From Candidatus Paraimprobicoccus trichonymphae (GTDB lineage: Bacteria > Bacillota > Clostridia > Oscillospirales > Acutalibacteraceae): a stretch of DNA of 64,000 nt. Of this stretch, positions 51,768-62,529 are shown in pieces. The position numbers and the translations under genes were made by a program. The stretch lies in assembly GCA_036322875.1 (NCBI GenBank), contig AP027925.1:693203-757202 (forward strand). Direction: 5' to 3'. The notes under the pieces are model-generated. The model did not search any database, had not been told where the DNA came from, and was given only the letters and a program-made list of their open reading frames with translations. The number at the start of each line of letters is the position of its first letter. Within the stretch, counting starts at the first letter, position 1.

Positions 51768-52109
51768 TTAAATTAATTCTATAATTGCCATTTCAGCGGC
51801 ATCTCCACGTCTAGGACCTAACTTGTAAATTCTCGTATAGCCACCATTTTTTTCTGTATATTTTGGCGCTATAGTATCAAATAATTTTTTCACTACAGAT
51901 TCTTTAGTTATAAAAGAAAACGCCTTTCTTTTTTTGCTTAAATTGTTTTCTTTTGCTAAAGTTATAAATTTTTCTGTTAAATTTCGAACTTCTTTTGCTC
52001 TTGTTACAGTTGTTTCAATTTTTTCATTTTCTAATAAAAAAGTCACCAATGCTCTTAACATTGCAACCCTGTGTTCTGTAGCTCTGCCTAATTTTTTTCT
52101 ATTAGCCAC
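51768..52109 (-). CDS. rplQ: 50S ribosomal protein L17
   Basis: [23 protein letters not shown] at 52109 sits 8 nt after GGAGAGG. The GTG at 52118 in the ORF track overlaps the RBS. Confidence 0.93.
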   Translation of the reverse strand: MANRKKLGRATEHRVAMLRALVTFLLENEKIETTVTRAKEVRNLTEKFITLAKENNLSKKRKAFSFITKESVVKKLFDTIAPKYTEKNGGYTRIYKLGPRRGDAAEMAIIELI

Positions 52110-52140
52110 AAAAAACACCTCTCCTTTCGGTTTAAGTTTC

Positions 52141-53169
52141 TTAATCTCTGTCTTCTAGATTAATTCTAGACTGTAAATCTATTCCGATATCTTGCAATTT
52201 GCCTAAAATTTCATCTAAAGATTTTTTACCTAAATTTTTTACACTTTCTAACTCTTCCCTTGCTAAAACAGCTAAATCCTTAACAACATTAATATTCGCC
52301 CTTTTCAAACAGTTATAAGCTCTGACAGAAAAGTCTAAATTTTCTATAGGAGTGTCCTCAGATAAGTTTAATGCTTTTCTAGGTTTATTTTTATTAATAA
52401 TATTGCTTATAGTATTACTACTTTTAGATTTTTCAAATGTTACTTCTAATCCTTGAATTTCTTGAGATACATCAGGAATTTCTAAGAATAAATTAAGATG
52501 CTCTGTTAATATTTTTGCTGACAAAGAAATAGCTTCATGAGCCGTAAGCACACCGTTTGTCCAAACTTCCAAAACTAATTTGTCATAATCCGTAAACTGA
52601 CCTACACGAGTAGGCTCGATATAATAATTAACTTTAGTAACTGGTGTATAAATAGAATCTACCGGTATAGAACCCAAAGTTTTGGTTTTTACACTGTCTC
52701 TGTTTTTTTCCAAAGACACATAACCTCGACCATTTGAGAGCAATATTTCCATTTTTAAACTAGAATTTTTATTTAGACTAGCTATATGCATATCAAGATT
52801 TAATATTTCTACTTCACTGTCGTGTATTATATCTTTTGCGGTTATTTCGCATTCCCCAGTTTTATCTATTCTAACTATTGTATCTTCTTCAGAGAATAAT
52901 AATTTAGATTTTAAATTTTTAATATTTAAAACAATTTCAGGCACATCTTCTTTGACTCCTGAAATCGTAGAAAATTCATGCATTACACCATCTATTTTTA
53001 TAGATTTTGGAGCAGTACCAGGCAATGAAGACAATAAAACTCTTCTTAAACTGTTCCCTAATGTACTACCAAAACCCCTTTCTAATGGTCCTATAATAAA
53101 TTTTCCATAATTTTTGTTTTCTGAAGTTTCTTCAGTTATAACAGAGGGTTTTTCTATTTCGATCATCAA
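52141..53169 (-). CDS. rpoA: DNA-directed RNA polymerase alpha subunit
   Basis: [22 protein letters not shown] and the C-terminal domain [16 protein letters not shown]. Confidence 0.95.
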   Translation of the reverse strand: MMIEIEKPSVITEETSENKNYGKFIIGPLERGFGSTLGNSLRRVLLSSLPGTAPKSIKIDGVMHEFSTISGVKEDVPEIVLNIKNLKSKLLFSEEDTIVRIDKTGECEITAKDIIHDSEVEILNLDMHIASLNKNSSLKMEILLSNGRGYVSLEKNRDSVKTKTLGSIPVDSIYTPVTKVNYYIEPTRVGQFTDYDKLVLEVWTNGVLTAHEAISLSAKILTEHLNLFLEIPDVSQEIQGLEVTFEKSKSSNTISNIINKNKPRKALNLSEDTPIENLDFSVRAYNCLKRANINVVKDLAVLAREELESVKNLGKKSLDEILGKLQDIGIDLQSRINLEDRD

Positions 53170-53188
53170 ATACTCCTTAAATTATTTT

Positions 53189-53824
53189 TTACTTTGAATA
53201 CAATTCGATGATGAGAGTTTCTTCTACTTCCAAATCTATTTCTTCTCTTGAAGCTTTAGAAATTATCTTAGCCTCCAGAGTTTCCTTGGTTTTATCTAGC
53301 CATTTTGGGAAAGGTCTCGAATTACTTTTTTCTACTAAATCTTTAAATTTTTCAGTAGATTTAAGTTTTTCACTTACAGAAATAACATCATCTATTTTAG
53401 CCAAATAAGAAGGAATATCTACTTTCCGATTATTAACCAAAAAATGACCATGACGAACCAATTGCCTCGCTTCAGCTCGAGAACCGCCCCAACCTAACCT
53501 GTAAATTACATTGTCCAATCTAGATTCCAAAATAGAAAGTAAATTTTCGCCTGCTTTTCCTTCTTTAATTTTTTCTGCTAATTCGTAATAGTGCCTAAAT
53601 TGTTTTTCAAATACCCCGTAATATCTCTTAGTTCTTTGTTTTGCACGCAATTGCAAACCATACTCCGAATTTTTTTTACGTACTTGTGATTTTCCATGTT
53701 GACCTGGGACATAAGATTTTCTAGAAATACCACATTTAGGTGAATAACACCTTTCTGATTTTAAAAACAATTTTTGTCCTTCTCTTCTACACAATTTACA
53801 AACAGCTTCTGTGTATCTTGCCAT
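53189..53824 (-). CDS. rpsD: 30S ribosomal protein S4
   Basis: [16 protein letters not shown]...YGLQLRAKQ...[10 protein letters not shown]. Confidence 0.95.
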   Translation of the reverse strand: MARYTEAVCKLCRREGQKLFLKSERCYSPKCGISRKSYVPGQHGKSQVRKKNSEYGLQLRAKQRTKRYYGVFEKQFRHYYELAEKIKEGKAGENLLSILESRLDNVIYRLGWGGSRAEARQLVRHGHFLVNNRKVDIPSYLAKIDDVISVSEKLKSTEKFKDLVEKSNSRPFPKWLDKTKETLEAKIISKASREEIDLEVEETLIIELYSK

Positions 53825-53862
53825 ATATTTAAAATAACACCTCCTAAAAATTTAAAATGAAA

Positions 53863-54258
53863 CTAAACACGTCGTCTCTTTGGTGCACGACAACCATTGT
53901 GTGGAACTGGTGTAACATCTCTTATAGCCTGTATTTCCAGTCCCGCAGCTTGCAAAGCTCTAATAGCCGCTTCTCTACCTGAACCAGGACCTTTTACTTC
54001 TATATTTACTATTTTCAATCCGTGTTCCATAGCTTTTCTAGCCACTGACTCTGCTGTAACTTGGGCAGCAAACGGCGTGGATTTTCTTGAACCTTTAAAA
54101 CCAAAGCCCCCTGCACTTGCCCAAGAAATCGCATTACCTTGAACATCGCTAATAGTAACTATAGTGTTGTTAAAAGTCGATTTTATATGAGCAACACCTC
54201 GTTCAATATTTTTATTTTCTTTTTTTTTGCGTACCGCATTTTTTTTCGCAATCGTCAA
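53863..54258 (-). CDS. rpsK: 30S ribosomal protein S11
   Basis: [42 protein letters not shown]. Confidence 0.95.
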   Translation of the reverse strand: MTIAKKNAVRKKKENKNIERGVAHIKSTFNNTIVTISDVQGNAISWASAGGFGFKGSRKSTPFAAQVTAESVARKAMEHGLKIVNIEVKGPGSGREAAIRALQAAGLEIQAIRDVTPVPHNGCRAPKRRRV

Positions 54259-54272
54259 ATTTACATACCTCC

Positions 54273-54656
54273 TTATTTCTTTAAAGTCGCTTTTTTCTTG
54301 TTTGCTACAGTTTTTCTAGGACCTTTTCTGGTGCGAGCATTAGTCTTAGAGCTTTGCCCTCTAACAGGCAAACCAACTTTGTGTCTGTTTCCTCTGTAAC
54401 AATTTATTTCCATAAGTCTTTTAATATCAAAAGTTATATCTCTACGCAAATCTCCCTCAACTTTACAATTTTTTTCTATATATATTTTCAATTTAGAAAT
54501 ATCTTCCTCGGGTAAATCTTTAACTCTAATGTCTGGGTTAATTTCTGTTGCCTTTATAATTTTTGTAGACATACTACGTCCTATGCCGAATATATAAGTG
54601 AGACCGATTTCAATTCTCTTGTCTTTCGGCAAATCAACACCTGCTATACGTGCCAT
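54273..54656 (-). CDS. rpsM: 30S ribosomal protein S13
   Basis: [26 protein letters not shown]. Confidence 0.95.
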   Translation of the reverse strand: MARIAGVDLPKDKRIEIGLTYIFGIGRSMSTKIIKATEINPDIRVKDLPEEDISKLKIYIEKNCKVEGDLRRDITFDIKRLMEINCYRGNRHKVGLPVRGQSSKTNARTRKGPRKTVANKKKATLKK

Positions 54657-54680
54657 ACTTACTTAATCACCTCCCAAAAA

Positions 54681-54794
54681 TCAACCCTGACGTTGTTTGT
54701 GTTTAGGATTTTCACAAATCACTCTTAAGCTTCTTTTTCTAGTTATAATTTTACATTTATCACAAATTTTTTTTACAGATGACCTTACTTTCAT
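54681..54794 (-). CDS. rpmJ: 50S ribosomal protein L36 (not in the supplied ORF track)
   Basis: Manual translation of the minus strand: [37 protein letters not shown]. Confidence 0.9.
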   Translation of the reverse strand: MKVRSSVKKICDKCKIITRKRSLRVICENPKHKQRQG

Positions 54795-54934
54795 AAATTA
54801 AACCTTCCCTATTTTGTATATAATAATATATCTACAAATAAAATTCAAATAATATATTAAAAAAACAATTTAAAACATGATATTTAGTTGATGTGAAATA
54901 TAATATTTAAATATTCATATTTGTATACTTCGTT

Positions 54935-55231
54935 CTAATTATTGTTAGAACCAGCATTTGTGTTGACGGTTTTATTATTTGCTTCAAAATTTCTATTATT
55001 ATCTTTATTTTTTGAACGCCAAATAATTCTCCCGTGAGCCAGATCGTACAATGACATTACCACTTTTACCATATCTCCTCGTAAAATTTTAATAAAATTC
55101 ATTCTTAACTTACCAGATATATAAGCTGTAATTATCTTTCCGTTTTGTAATTTTACCTTAAATGTAGTATTTGGTAGTACCTCTACAACTTCGCCGTCAA
55201 CTTCAATTTCATTTGAATCTTCTTTTGACAT
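54935..55231 (-). CDS. infA: Translation initiation factor IF-1 with a 24-residue Asn-rich C-terminal extension
   Basis: [72 protein letters not shown] aligns to IF-1. AGGAG lies 9 nt before the ATG at 55231. Confidence 0.9.
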   Translation of the reverse strand: MSKEDSNEIEVDGEVVEVLPNTTFKVKLQNGKIITAYISGKLRMNFIKILRGDMVKVVMSLYDLAHGRIIWRSKNKDNNRNFEANNKTVNTNAGSNNN

Positions 55232-55501
55232 CACCTCACACTCCTTATGATTTGCAAATTTTTTTAGAGACTTTCTTATGTCCTTATTACATTTTAAAAC
55301 GCTTTCATCCAAAAAAGAATTAGTCAATTTCAAATGTAAAAATTTCTTTTTTTTCGGTTTCCCTAAGGGTCTATATTTACCATCACATATTATAGCATAT
55401 TTTTCATCGAAATCTAAAATTACGTGAAAATTATTTTTATCCCGACCAGCTTTAGAAATTACAACTGAACCTTTTTTTATTTCCAAATCTAAATTCTCCA
55501 C
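55232..55501 (-). CDS. KOW-domain RNA-binding protein, no stop codon before infA (in-frame fusion)
   Basis: [52 protein letters not shown] is the small KOW protein usually found between map and infA in Clostridia. The frame runs straight into the infA ATG. Confidence 0.7.
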
Positions 55502-55513
55502 AAAATTTATAAC

Positions 55514-56266
55514 TTATTCTGCATTAGTCAATATAATTGGGCCATCGTCAGTAATTGCAATTGTATGCTCAAAATGCGCCGATAATTTGCCATCTGCAGT
55601 TACTGTAGTCCAATTGTCAGACAAAACTCTTACTTCATGTGTTCCTATGTTAACCATTGGCTCAATAGCTATAACCATACCTTTACATAATTTAGCCCCC
55701 TTATGAGGCTCTCCAAAATTTGGAACGCTTGGATCTTCATGCAAACCCGTACCTATGCCATGTCCAACATATTTTCTTACCAAAGAATAACCTCTTTCTT
55801 CAGCATATTTTTGAATAGTATGACTTATATCACCGATTTTATTATCAACAACAGCAACTTCTATACCCTTTGCCAAACTTTCTTTGGTAGTATTAATCAA
55901 TCTTTGTGCAGTTTCGCTAATCTCTCCACAAGCAAAAGTGTAAGCATTATCTCCGTGAAAACCTTCAAAATAAGCTCCTATATCTATGCTAACAATATCA
56001 CCTTTTTTTACAATAATATCTTTGCTTGGAACTCCATGAACAACAACATTATTAATAGAAATGCAAGTACTCGCGGGATACTCTTTGTGGTTTAAAAAAG
56101 AAGGTACGGCATCCTGTGATTCTATATACTCTTGAGCTATCGAGTCTATTTCCCAAGTACTGATTCCAGGTTTAACAGATTCTCCAGCCAATTTTAAAGC
56201 CCTTGCTGAAATTCTTCCAGCTTCTATCATTATTGAAATTTCTCTTTCTGTTTTCAAAATTATCAT
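55514..56266 (-). CDS. map: Type I methionine aminopeptidase
   Basis: VVHGVPS, DIGAYFEGFHGD, YVGHGIG, EPMVN, EHT metal-ligand pattern. Confidence 0.95.
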   Translation of the reverse strand: MIILKTEREISIMIEAGRISARALKLAGESVKPGISTWEIDSIAQEYIESQDAVPSFLNHKEYPASTCISINNVVVHGVPSKDIIVKKGDIVSIDIGAYFEGFHGDNAYTFACGEISETAQRLINTTKESLAKGIEVAVVDNKIGDISHTIQKYAEERGYSLVRKYVGHGIGTGLHEDPSVPNFGEPHKGAKLCKGMVIAIEPMVNIGTHEVRVLSDNWTTVTADGKLSAHFEHTIAITDDGPIILTNAE

Positions 56267-56898
56267 TTTAAAATTTCCTTAATTATATTTTTTGATGATT
56301 CCTCAAACGGCCGCTCACCGTCTATATTAGACAAGATATTCAATTTTTTGTAGTAATTTACTAAAGGTTCAGTTTGATCATAATAAATTTTCAATCTCTC
56401 TTTGACAGTTTCTAATTTATCATCAAATCTTTGAATCAAATTTCCATTACATCTATCGCAAACATCTTGTTTGTTTGGAGACATTTCTGTGTAAATATTA
56501 TAAGTAGAGCCGCATTTTTCACAAATTCGGCGACCAGACATTCTTTTATATATCAAATTATCAGACGCATGAATATTAATAACCTTATCTATTTCAACAT
56601 TATTTTTATTTAAAGCTTCAACTTGCGCCAAAGTTCTAGGAAAACCATCTAGTATAAAACCGGTTTCACAATCTCTTTTGCCTATACGTTCTTTTACCAT
56701 ATTAATAACTATATCATCTGATAAAAGCTGACCTTTGTCTATATAACTTTTAGCTTCCTTGCCTATATCAGAACCATTTTTTATAAATTCTCTAATAATA
56801 TTTCCAGTTGATATAATAGGAATTTTTAGTTTTTCAGACACTACTTCAGCTTGTGTACCTTTACCAGCGCCTGGCGGACCAAGAAGTATTATATTCAA
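56263..56898 (-). CDS. adk: Adenylate kinase (zinc-lid type)
   Basis: NIILLGPPGAGKGTQAE, lid CEKCGSTY...CDRCNG. TTG at 56898 sits 9 nt after AGGAGG. Upstream codons in the ORF track overlap the RBS. Confidence 0.93.
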   Translation of the reverse strand: MNIILLGPPGAGKGTQAEVVSEKLKIPIISTGNIIREFIKNGSDIGKEAKSYIDKGQLLSDDIVINMVKERIGKRDCETGFILDGFPRTLAQVEALNKNNVEIDKVINIHASDNLIYKRMSGRRICEKCGSTYNIYTEMSPNKQDVCDRCNGNLIQRFDDKLETVKERLKIYYDQTEPLVNYYKKLNILSNIDGERPFEESSKNIIKEILK

Positions 56899-56971
56899 AA
56901 AAATCATCCTCCTTCTCACATATATTATTATAATTATTAATAAATGTCAATCTTTACTCATTTAAAAAAAT

Positions 56972-58297
56972 TTAATCTAAAAAACCTTTATATTTTCTCA
57001 TCATCATTTGAGATTCCAATTGTTTTATCGTTTCTAGTGCGACACCCACTAAAATAACTATTGAAGTACCACTTAAACTTAGACTGCTCATTCCTGTTAA
57101 AAATCCAAAAACAATGGGAAAAATTGCTATAAAAGCTAAAAATATAGCACCTAAAAATGTTATTTTCGACAAAATTTTATCAAAAAATTCCATAGTAGGT
57201 TTCCCAGGCCTTATGCCTGGAATTACACCATTACTTTGTCTTAAATTGTTTGCCATTTCTAATGGTTCAAAAGATATTGATACATAAAAATATGAAAACA
57301 TTATAATCAAAAAGAAATAAATCACAGCATATAACCAACCATTTATAGATAAGGCCTCTAAAACTTTTTTAAAAAAACCAGTAGGTTTGGTGAAAAGACT
57401 AATCAAAGTTGGCATAGACAAAATAGAACTTGCAAAAATAACTGGCATAATACCGGCCAAACCAACTTTTAATGGTATATGACTAATTTGGCCAGCATAT
57501 AATCTTCTTCCAGCAGTTCTTTGAGCATATTGAACCGGAATTCTTCTTTCAGCATCGTTAATGAAAACTATAATCCACATCATACCCAAAAGAATTATTA
57601 AAAAAATTGGAACATAAACAAAATATCTCCAATTTTCTCCTGGATTCATGGCGGCAAACATAATAAAAGTAGAAAGTTTCGTAAATATAGCAGGCAATCT
57701 CGACACTATGCCAGCAAACAACAATATAGAAACACCATTACCAATTCCTTTTTCGTTTATTCTCTCACCTAGCCACATTATAAGCGCCGTACCAGCAGTA
57801 AAAATCAAAACAATTATTATAAAAACAAAAGTACCAGAAGCTCCTTGAGTATATTTAATTACAGATTGTCCTTCAAAACTGCTGTTTTTTAATTGTAAAT
57901 AATAACCGGCTCCTTGCATTAATCCTAATGCTATAGTGACATATCTAGTTATAGTATTAATTTTTTTTTGACCTTCAGAACCTTCTTTTTGCAAATTTTC
58001 CAAAACCGGCAAAGCTATGCCCATCAATTGCATTATAATCGATGAATTAACATAAGGTGTAATTGACATTGCAAATAAAGTCGCTTGTGCAAAAGCCCCC
58101 CCTGAAAGAGTATCTAAATATGCTAGTAAAGCGCCTCCTTCAGCAGAATTACCCATTAATCCTCTTAATGCTTCAACATTTAAAAAAGGAACCGGAATCA
58201 TAGAACCAATTCTAAATACTATTATGATCATAACGGTATATAAAATTCTTTTTCTTAAGTCAATAATTTTCCACGCATTTATTAAAGTTTTAATCAA
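56972..58297 (-). CDS. secY: Preprotein translocase subunit SecY
   Basis: 441-aa, 10-TM SecY pattern (GIMPYVNSSIIMQL-like, GNGVSILLFAGI). Confidence 0.95.
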   Translation of the reverse strand: MIKTLINAWKIIDLRKRILYTVMIIIVFRIGSMIPVPFLNVEALRGLMGNSAEGGALLAYLDTLSGGAFAQATLFAMSITPYVNSSIIMQLMGIALPVLENLQKEGSEGQKKINTITRYVTIALGLMQGAGYYLQLKNSSFEGQSVIKYTQGASGTFVFIIIVLIFTAGTALIMWLGERINEKGIGNGVSILLFAGIVSRLPAIFTKLSTFIMFAAMNPGENWRYFVYVPIFLIILLGMMWIIVFINDAERRIPVQYAQRTAGRRLYAGQISHIPLKVGLAGIMPVIFASSILSMPTLISLFTKPTGFFKKVLEALSINGWLYAVIYFFLIIMFSYFYVSISFEPLEMANNLRQSNGVIPGIRPGKPTMEFFDKILSKITFLGAIFLAFIAIFPIVFGFLTGMSSLSLSGTSIVILVGVALETIKQLESQMMMRKYKGFLD

Positions 58298-58298
58298 T

Positions 58299-58742
58299 TT
58301 ATATTACCTCAACTTTCCCACCGGCATTTTGAACTTTTTCTTTAGCGCTTTCGGAAAATTTATGAGCTTTTATCGTCAATTTTTTATTAATTTTACCATT
58401 TCCGATAATTTTTATTTTATTAAATCTTTTTTTTATAATTTTCTTAGACTTTAAATCTTCTGGGCTAACCACAGAATCTTCCTCAAAAATGTTTAATTTT
58501 TCTATATTTATAGCTAAAACTTTTTTAGCAAAAATATTATTAAACCCTCTTTTAGGAATTCTTCTTTGCAAAGGAGTTTGACCACCTTCAAAACCTCTTT
58601 TTCTGCTGTAACCTGAACGAGCTTTTTGTCCTTTTTGCCCTCTACCTGAAGTTTTTCCATGTCCTGAACCATGCCCACGACCGATCCTCTTTCTTTTTTT
58701 TCTGACAAAATTTTTAGGTCCAGTTATATTACATAATTCCAC
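58299..58742 (-). CDS. rplO: 50S ribosomal protein L15
   Basis: [26 protein letters not shown]. Confidence 0.95.
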   Translation of the reverse strand: MELCNITGPKNFVRKKRKRIGRGHGSGHGKTSGRGQKGQKARSGYSRKRGFEGGQTPLQRRIPKRGFNNIFAKKVLAINIEKLNIFEEDSVVSPEDLKSKKIIKKRFNKIKIIGNGKINKKLTIKAHKFSESAKEKVQNAGGKVEVI

Positions 58743-58759
58743 TATCTACACCTCTTTTT

Positions 58760-58939
58760 TTAATTTTCTAAAATCTCTAATAAATGATTTATTTTAAAAA
58801 TTTTACCTCTAGTTTGCGGATTATCAGGGTGAATTTTTGTATTATTTACTTTTTTCAAGCCGAGAGAATTCGCTACCAAAACTTGTTTTTTCTTTTTGTT
58901 ATTCAAGCTTTTTATTAATTTAATTTTTAAATTTTTCAT
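58760..58939 (-). CDS. rpmD: 50S ribosomal protein L30
   Basis: LKIKLIKSLNNKKKKQVLVANSLGLKKVNNT. ATG at 58939 sits 8 nt after GGAG. Confidence 0.9.
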   Translation of the reverse strand: MKNLKIKLIKSLNNKKKKQVLVANSLGLKKVNNTKIHPDNPQTRGKIFKINHLLEILEN

Positions 58940-58952
58940 AAAACTCACTCCT

Positions 58953-59483
58953 TTAATTTAAAATTTCTTTTATAGTTTTTTCTCGCCCATCTGCTACTTG
59001 TTTAAGAGTTCTTAAAGATTTAAGACCTTCAAAAGTAGCTCTTACGACATTAAACGGATTATTTGATCTTAAAGATTTAGTCCTTATATCTTTTATTCCA
59101 GCGGATTCAATAACAGCACGAGCAGAGCCTCCAGCTATAACACCAGTTCCTTCGGGCGCTGGTTTCATGAGCACTCTGGAAGCACCAAATATTCCGATGA
59201 TTTCGTGTGGTATAGTTGTTTTTTTCAAAGAAATTTTTATTAAATTTTTCTTAGCATCTTCTATACTTTTTCTTATAGCATCGGGAACTTCCCCGGATTT
59301 TCCTGTTCCAAAACCAATCGTTCCATTCCCATCTCCAACAACTACTAAAGCTGAAAACTTAAAATTTCTACCGCCTTTTACTGTTTTTGAAACTCTGTTC
59401 ACGGATACCAATTTTTCTTTTAAATTTAAAGTCTCTGCATCTATTCTACGCAAAAATGATCTCCTCCTTTTTCTAATGTACAT
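58953..59483 (-). CDS. rpsE: 30S ribosomal protein S5
   Basis: [34 protein letters not shown]. Confidence 0.95.
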   Translation of the reverse strand: MYIRKRRRSFLRRIDAETLNLKEKLVSVNRVSKTVKGGRNFKFSALVVVGDGNGTIGFGTGKSGEVPDAIRKSIEDAKKNLIKISLKKTTIPHEIIGIFGASRVLMKPAPEGTGVIAGGSARAVIESAGIKDIRTKSLRSNNPFNVVRATFEGLKSLRTLKQVADGREKTIKEILN

Positions 59484-59487
59484 TAAA

Positions 59488-59859
59488 TTAAAATTTCAAA
59501 CCTGTTTCTCTTGCGCCATCTGCAAGTTCTTTAACTCTCCCATGATATAAATAACCACCTCTGTCGAATATTACTACATTTATTTTCTTTTTTAAAGCTT
59601 TTTCTGCCAGTAATTTCCCAACTTCTCTAGCAGCTATTTTATTTCCAGTACAAATATCTTTAAATTTTTTATCCAAGCTTGATGCCGAAACCAAAGTGAT
59701 TTTTTTATCATCATCTATAATCTGAGCATAAATATTTTTTAAAGATCTAAAAACATTTAATCTTGGGCGTTCAGCATTTCCAAAAATTTTATTTCTAATT
59801 CTTTTATGCCTTTTAATTCTAGCTTTATTTCTATTAACTTCATTTATCACTATTTTCAC
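59488..59859 (-). CDS. rplR: 50S ribosomal protein L18
   Basis: [37 protein letters not shown]. Confidence 0.95.
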   Translation of the reverse strand: MKIVINEVNRNKARIKRHKRIRNKIFGNAERPRLNVFRSLKNIYAQIIDDDKKITLVSASSLDKKFKDICTGNKIAAREVGKLLAEKALKKKINVVIFDRGGYLYHGRVKELADGARETGLKF

Positions 59860-59871
59860 CTCAACAAATCA

Positions 59872-60075
59872 TTATTTTTTTAATTTTTTCGCAAAAAATA
59901 TTGCTTCGTAATGTATATATTTAAAAAGTTCTGCAATTGCTAAAGCTCCACAAAAACCGCCTTTTAATACATGTCCAAAAACCGCACAACGAACACAAGT
60001 GCAAGTTAAAATATTATAAAATCCATAACCACAACACATTTTTATAACTAAAAACACTGTAAAATCCAAAATCAT
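59872..60075 (-). CDS. Hypothetical Cys-rich hydrophobic 67-aa ORF inserted between rplF and rplR
   Basis: Open frame MILDFTVFLVIKMCCGYGFYNILTCTCVRCAVFGHVLKGGFCGALAIAELFKYIHYEAIFFAKKLKK, co-oriented with the operon. No obvious Shine-Dalgarno. Confidence 0.35.
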   Translation of the reverse strand: MILDFTVFLVIKMCCGYGFYNILTCTCVRCAVFGHVLKGGFCGALAIAELFKYIHYEAIFFAKKLKK

Positions 60076-60102
60076 TTATATATTTTTATCATACTAAATT
60101 CC

Positions 60103-60648
60103 TTATTTAGATTTTTTACCAGTTTTTCCTTCTTTTCTTCTTATAATTTCATTTGCATACTTAATTCCTTTGCCTTTATAAGGTTCAGTTGGGCGTTTTT
60201 CTTTTATTTCTGCTGCAAATTGTCCTACTTTCTGTTTATTTAAGCCAGAAATTGTTATTTTATTTGTACCTTGAACCTCTATCTTGATATCTTCGGTTTC
60301 TGAGACTATAACTTGATGAGAATAACCTAAATTCATGACAAGATTTTTACTTTGTTTTTGAACTCTGTAACCAATACCGTTTACTTCTAAATCTTTTTTA
60401 AAACCCTCTGTGACACCTTTCACCATATTAAAAACAAGAGAACGTGTCAAACCATGCAAAGACTTGTTAAATTTACTGTCATTTGGTCTTTTTACTGTAA
60501 TTACTTTAGGAGAAATTTCAATAGTCATATTATTATGAATTTCTTGATTTAATTCACCTTTTGGACCTTTTACATTTAAAATACCATCGTTAAAATTTAC
60601 TTCAACATTACCAGGAACATTTACAGGCTTTCTTCCAATTCTAGACAA
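60103..60648 (-). CDS. rplF: 50S ribosomal protein L6
   Basis: MSRIGRKPVNVPGNVEV...LNVKGPKGEL. Confidence 0.95.
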   Translation of the reverse strand: MSRIGRKPVNVPGNVEVNFNDGILNVKGPKGELNQEIHNNMTIEISPKVITVKRPNDSKFNKSLHGLTRSLVFNMVKGVTEGFKKDLEVNGIGYRVQKQSKNLVMNLGYSHQVIVSETEDIKIEVQGTNKITISGLNKQKVGQFAAEIKEKRPTEPYKGKGIKYANEIIRRKEGKTGKKSK

Positions 60649-60696
60649 AATTTTAACCCCCTTTAGTTTACTTTATGTTAAAAAAATCCCTAAAAC

Positions 60697-61095
60697 TCAC
60701 CAAACATGAGCAAGAATTTCTCCACCCACATTTTCTTTTTTGGCTTTTTTATCGGTCATTATACCTTTAGAAGTAGAAACTATTGCAATTCCCAAACCAC
60801 CTAAAACTTTTGACATTTTTTCAGCACTGCTGTAATTCCTCAAACCAGGTTTTGAAATTCTTTTTAAACCTTTAATTACAGATTCTCTTTTATTTTTATA
60901 TTTAAGATAAACTTTTAATATATTTTGTTTTCTGTCTTCAAGTACATAAAACTTTCTTATATAACCTTCTTCAAGCAAAATCTGAACAATAGAGCTTTTC
61001 ATATTAGAACTAGGTATTTTTACATAATCATGTCCAACAGAACTTGAATTTCTAATCCTAGTCAATAAATCAGCTATCTTATCAGTTGTTGGCAT
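60697..61095 (-). CDS. rpsH: 30S ribosomal protein S8
   Basis: [15 protein letters not shown]...[33 protein letters not shown]. Confidence 0.95.
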   Translation of the reverse strand: MPTTDKIADLLTRIRNSSSVGHDYVKIPSSNMKSSIVQILLEEGYIRKFYVLEDRKQNILKVYLKYKNKRESVIKGLKRISKPGLRNYSSAEKMSKVLGGLGIAIVSTSKGIMTDKKAKKENVGGEILAHVW

Positions 61096-61118
61096 TCTTT
61101 CCCTCCTTTCTTATAAAA

Positions 61119-61127
61119 ATTCTAGCA
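61119..61127 (-). promoter_or_regulatory. Extended -10 element TGcTAGAAT just upstream of rpsH
   Basis: Reverse complement of ATTCTAGCA. About 25 nt upstream of the rpsH ATG, leaving the AAAGGAGGG RBS in the transcript. Confidence 0.3.
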
Positions 61128-61281
61128 AAATTAAAATCAACTTACCTTATAATAGGTTTAATGTTTCATCGAAAACGTCTTAATATTTTCTCCACATTCG
61201 TAAATTCCGTCTGTTGTAGACGTACTTAAATTTAGTTTATTATAACAAATTTTGTTTGTCAACAAAAAATTCAAACGCAAT

Positions 61282-61310
61282 CTTATAAAAAACAAATTTT
61301 CAAATTTGTT
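61282..61310 (-). terminator. Weak A/T-rich hairpin + T-run after rpsN
   Basis: Minus strand AACAAATTTGAAAATTTGTT followed by TTTTAT. The stem is almost entirely A-T, so predicted stability is low. Confidence 0.25.
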
Positions 61311-61314
61311 CAAA

Positions 61315-61500
61315 TTACCAACTTGCTTTCGTTACACCAGGAATTTCGCCTTTATAAGCCAAATTTCTAAAACAAATACGACACACACCAAATCTTCTTA
61401 AATATGAATGCGGTCTACCACAAATATTACACCTAGAATATTCTCTAGTACTGTATTTTTGCTTTCTTTTTTGCTTTACTTTTAGAGAAACTTTTGCCAT
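61315..61500 (-). CDS. rpsN: 30S ribosomal protein S14, zinc-binding type Z (61 aa)
   Basis: [48 protein letters not shown] at 61500 sits 7 nt after GGAGG and overlaps the rplE stop. Confidence 0.93.
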   Translation of the reverse strand: MAKVSLKVKQKRKQKYSTREYSRCNICGRPHSYLRRFGVCRICFRNLAYKGEIPGVTKASW

Positions 61501-62048
61501 CAAAACACCTCCGCTTTAAAAGGTGCACCAAGTAATAATAATAACTCTTTTGCTTCACTATCAGTTTTAGCAGTAGTCGTTATACTTATATCCATGCCCC
61601 TTATTTTATCTATTTTATCATATTTTATTTCCGGAAATATAAGCTGCTCTTTTATTCCCAAATTATAATTTCCGCGCCCATCAAAAGATTTTAAATTTAT
61701 TCCTTTGAAATCTCTTACTCTTGGCAAAGCAAAATTAAATAATTTATCTATAAAAACAAACATTTTTTTGTTTCTTAAAGTTACTTTAGCAGCGATTTTC
61801 ATGCCTTCACGAACTTTAAAGTTGGAAACGGATTTTTTTGCCTTACATACAACTGGTTTTTGACCAGTGATTAGCGATAAATCATTCACAACGTTAATTA
61901 TAGTTTTAGAGTTATCCTTAGAATCACCAACACCAGAATTAATAATTATTTTTTTGAGTCTTGGCACTTGCATTTTATTTTTATAAGAAAATTTTTTAAG
62001 CAACAAATCCACAATCTGAGATTTATAATACTCTTTTAATCTTGACAA
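61500..62048 (-). CDS. rplE: 50S ribosomal protein L5
   Basis: [13 protein letters not shown]...[13 protein letters not shown]...[10 protein letters not shown]. Confidence 0.95.
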   Translation of the reverse strand: MSRLKEYYKSQIVDLLLKKFSYKNKMQVPRLKKIIINSGVGDSKDNSKTIINVVNDLSLITGQKPVVCKAKKSVSNFKVREGMKIAAKVTLRNKKMFVFIDKLFNFALPRVRDFKGINLKSFDGRGNYNLGIKEQLIFPEIKYDKIDKIRGMDISITTTAKTDSEAKELLLLLGAPFKAEVF

Positions 62049-62077
62049 ATCAAAACCTCCTTTCTCAATTTATTCTA

Positions 62078-62407
62078 TTATAGCATACTGTTACACTTTT
62101 TGCAGTAACGATGTTTTTTACCAGAATCGTCAAGTTTATGATTAACTCTAGTTTTTTTCTTGCAAGTAGGACAAACGAGTTGCACTTTACAAGCATACAA
62201 AGCACTTTCAGTCTTTTTAATACCACTTTCTTGATCCGCTTTTTTAGCTTTAACATGCTTAGAAACTAAGTTAATACCTTTTACCATGAGCTTTTTTTCT
62301 TTCGGACTTACAGCTATAATCTTTCCTTGTTTATTCTTATCTTTGCCAGAAATCACAGCTACTAAGTCGCCAGTTTTCACATGAATTTTATTCCTCAAAT
62401 TTAACAT
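62078..62407 (-). CDS. rplX: 50S ribosomal protein L24 (with C-terminal CxxC...CxxC ribbon)
   Basis: KIHVKTGDLVAVISGKDKNKQGKIIAV KOW motif. CPTCKKK...YCKKC tail. Confidence 0.93.
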   Translation of the reverse strand: MLNLRNKIHVKTGDLVAVISGKDKNKQGKIIAVSPKEKKLMVKGINLVSKHVKAKKADQESGIKKTESALYACKVQLVCPTCKKKTRVNHKLDDSGKKHRYCKKCNSML

Positions 62408-62430
62408 TTAAATCACATCCTTATTGGTTT

Positions 62431-62459
62431 AATATACTATGAATTATTTTGAATATCAA
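62431..62459 (-). promoter_or_regulatory. Promoter for rplX
   Basis: Minus strand TTGATA-N17-TATATT about 20 nt upstream of the AAGGATG RBS region of rplX. Confidence 0.45.
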
Positions 62460-62529
62460 GTACTTTTTCTAAAAAAATACAAAAAATTGTTAAATTAAAA
62501 ACTTGATAAATAAAATAATAATTTTTATT

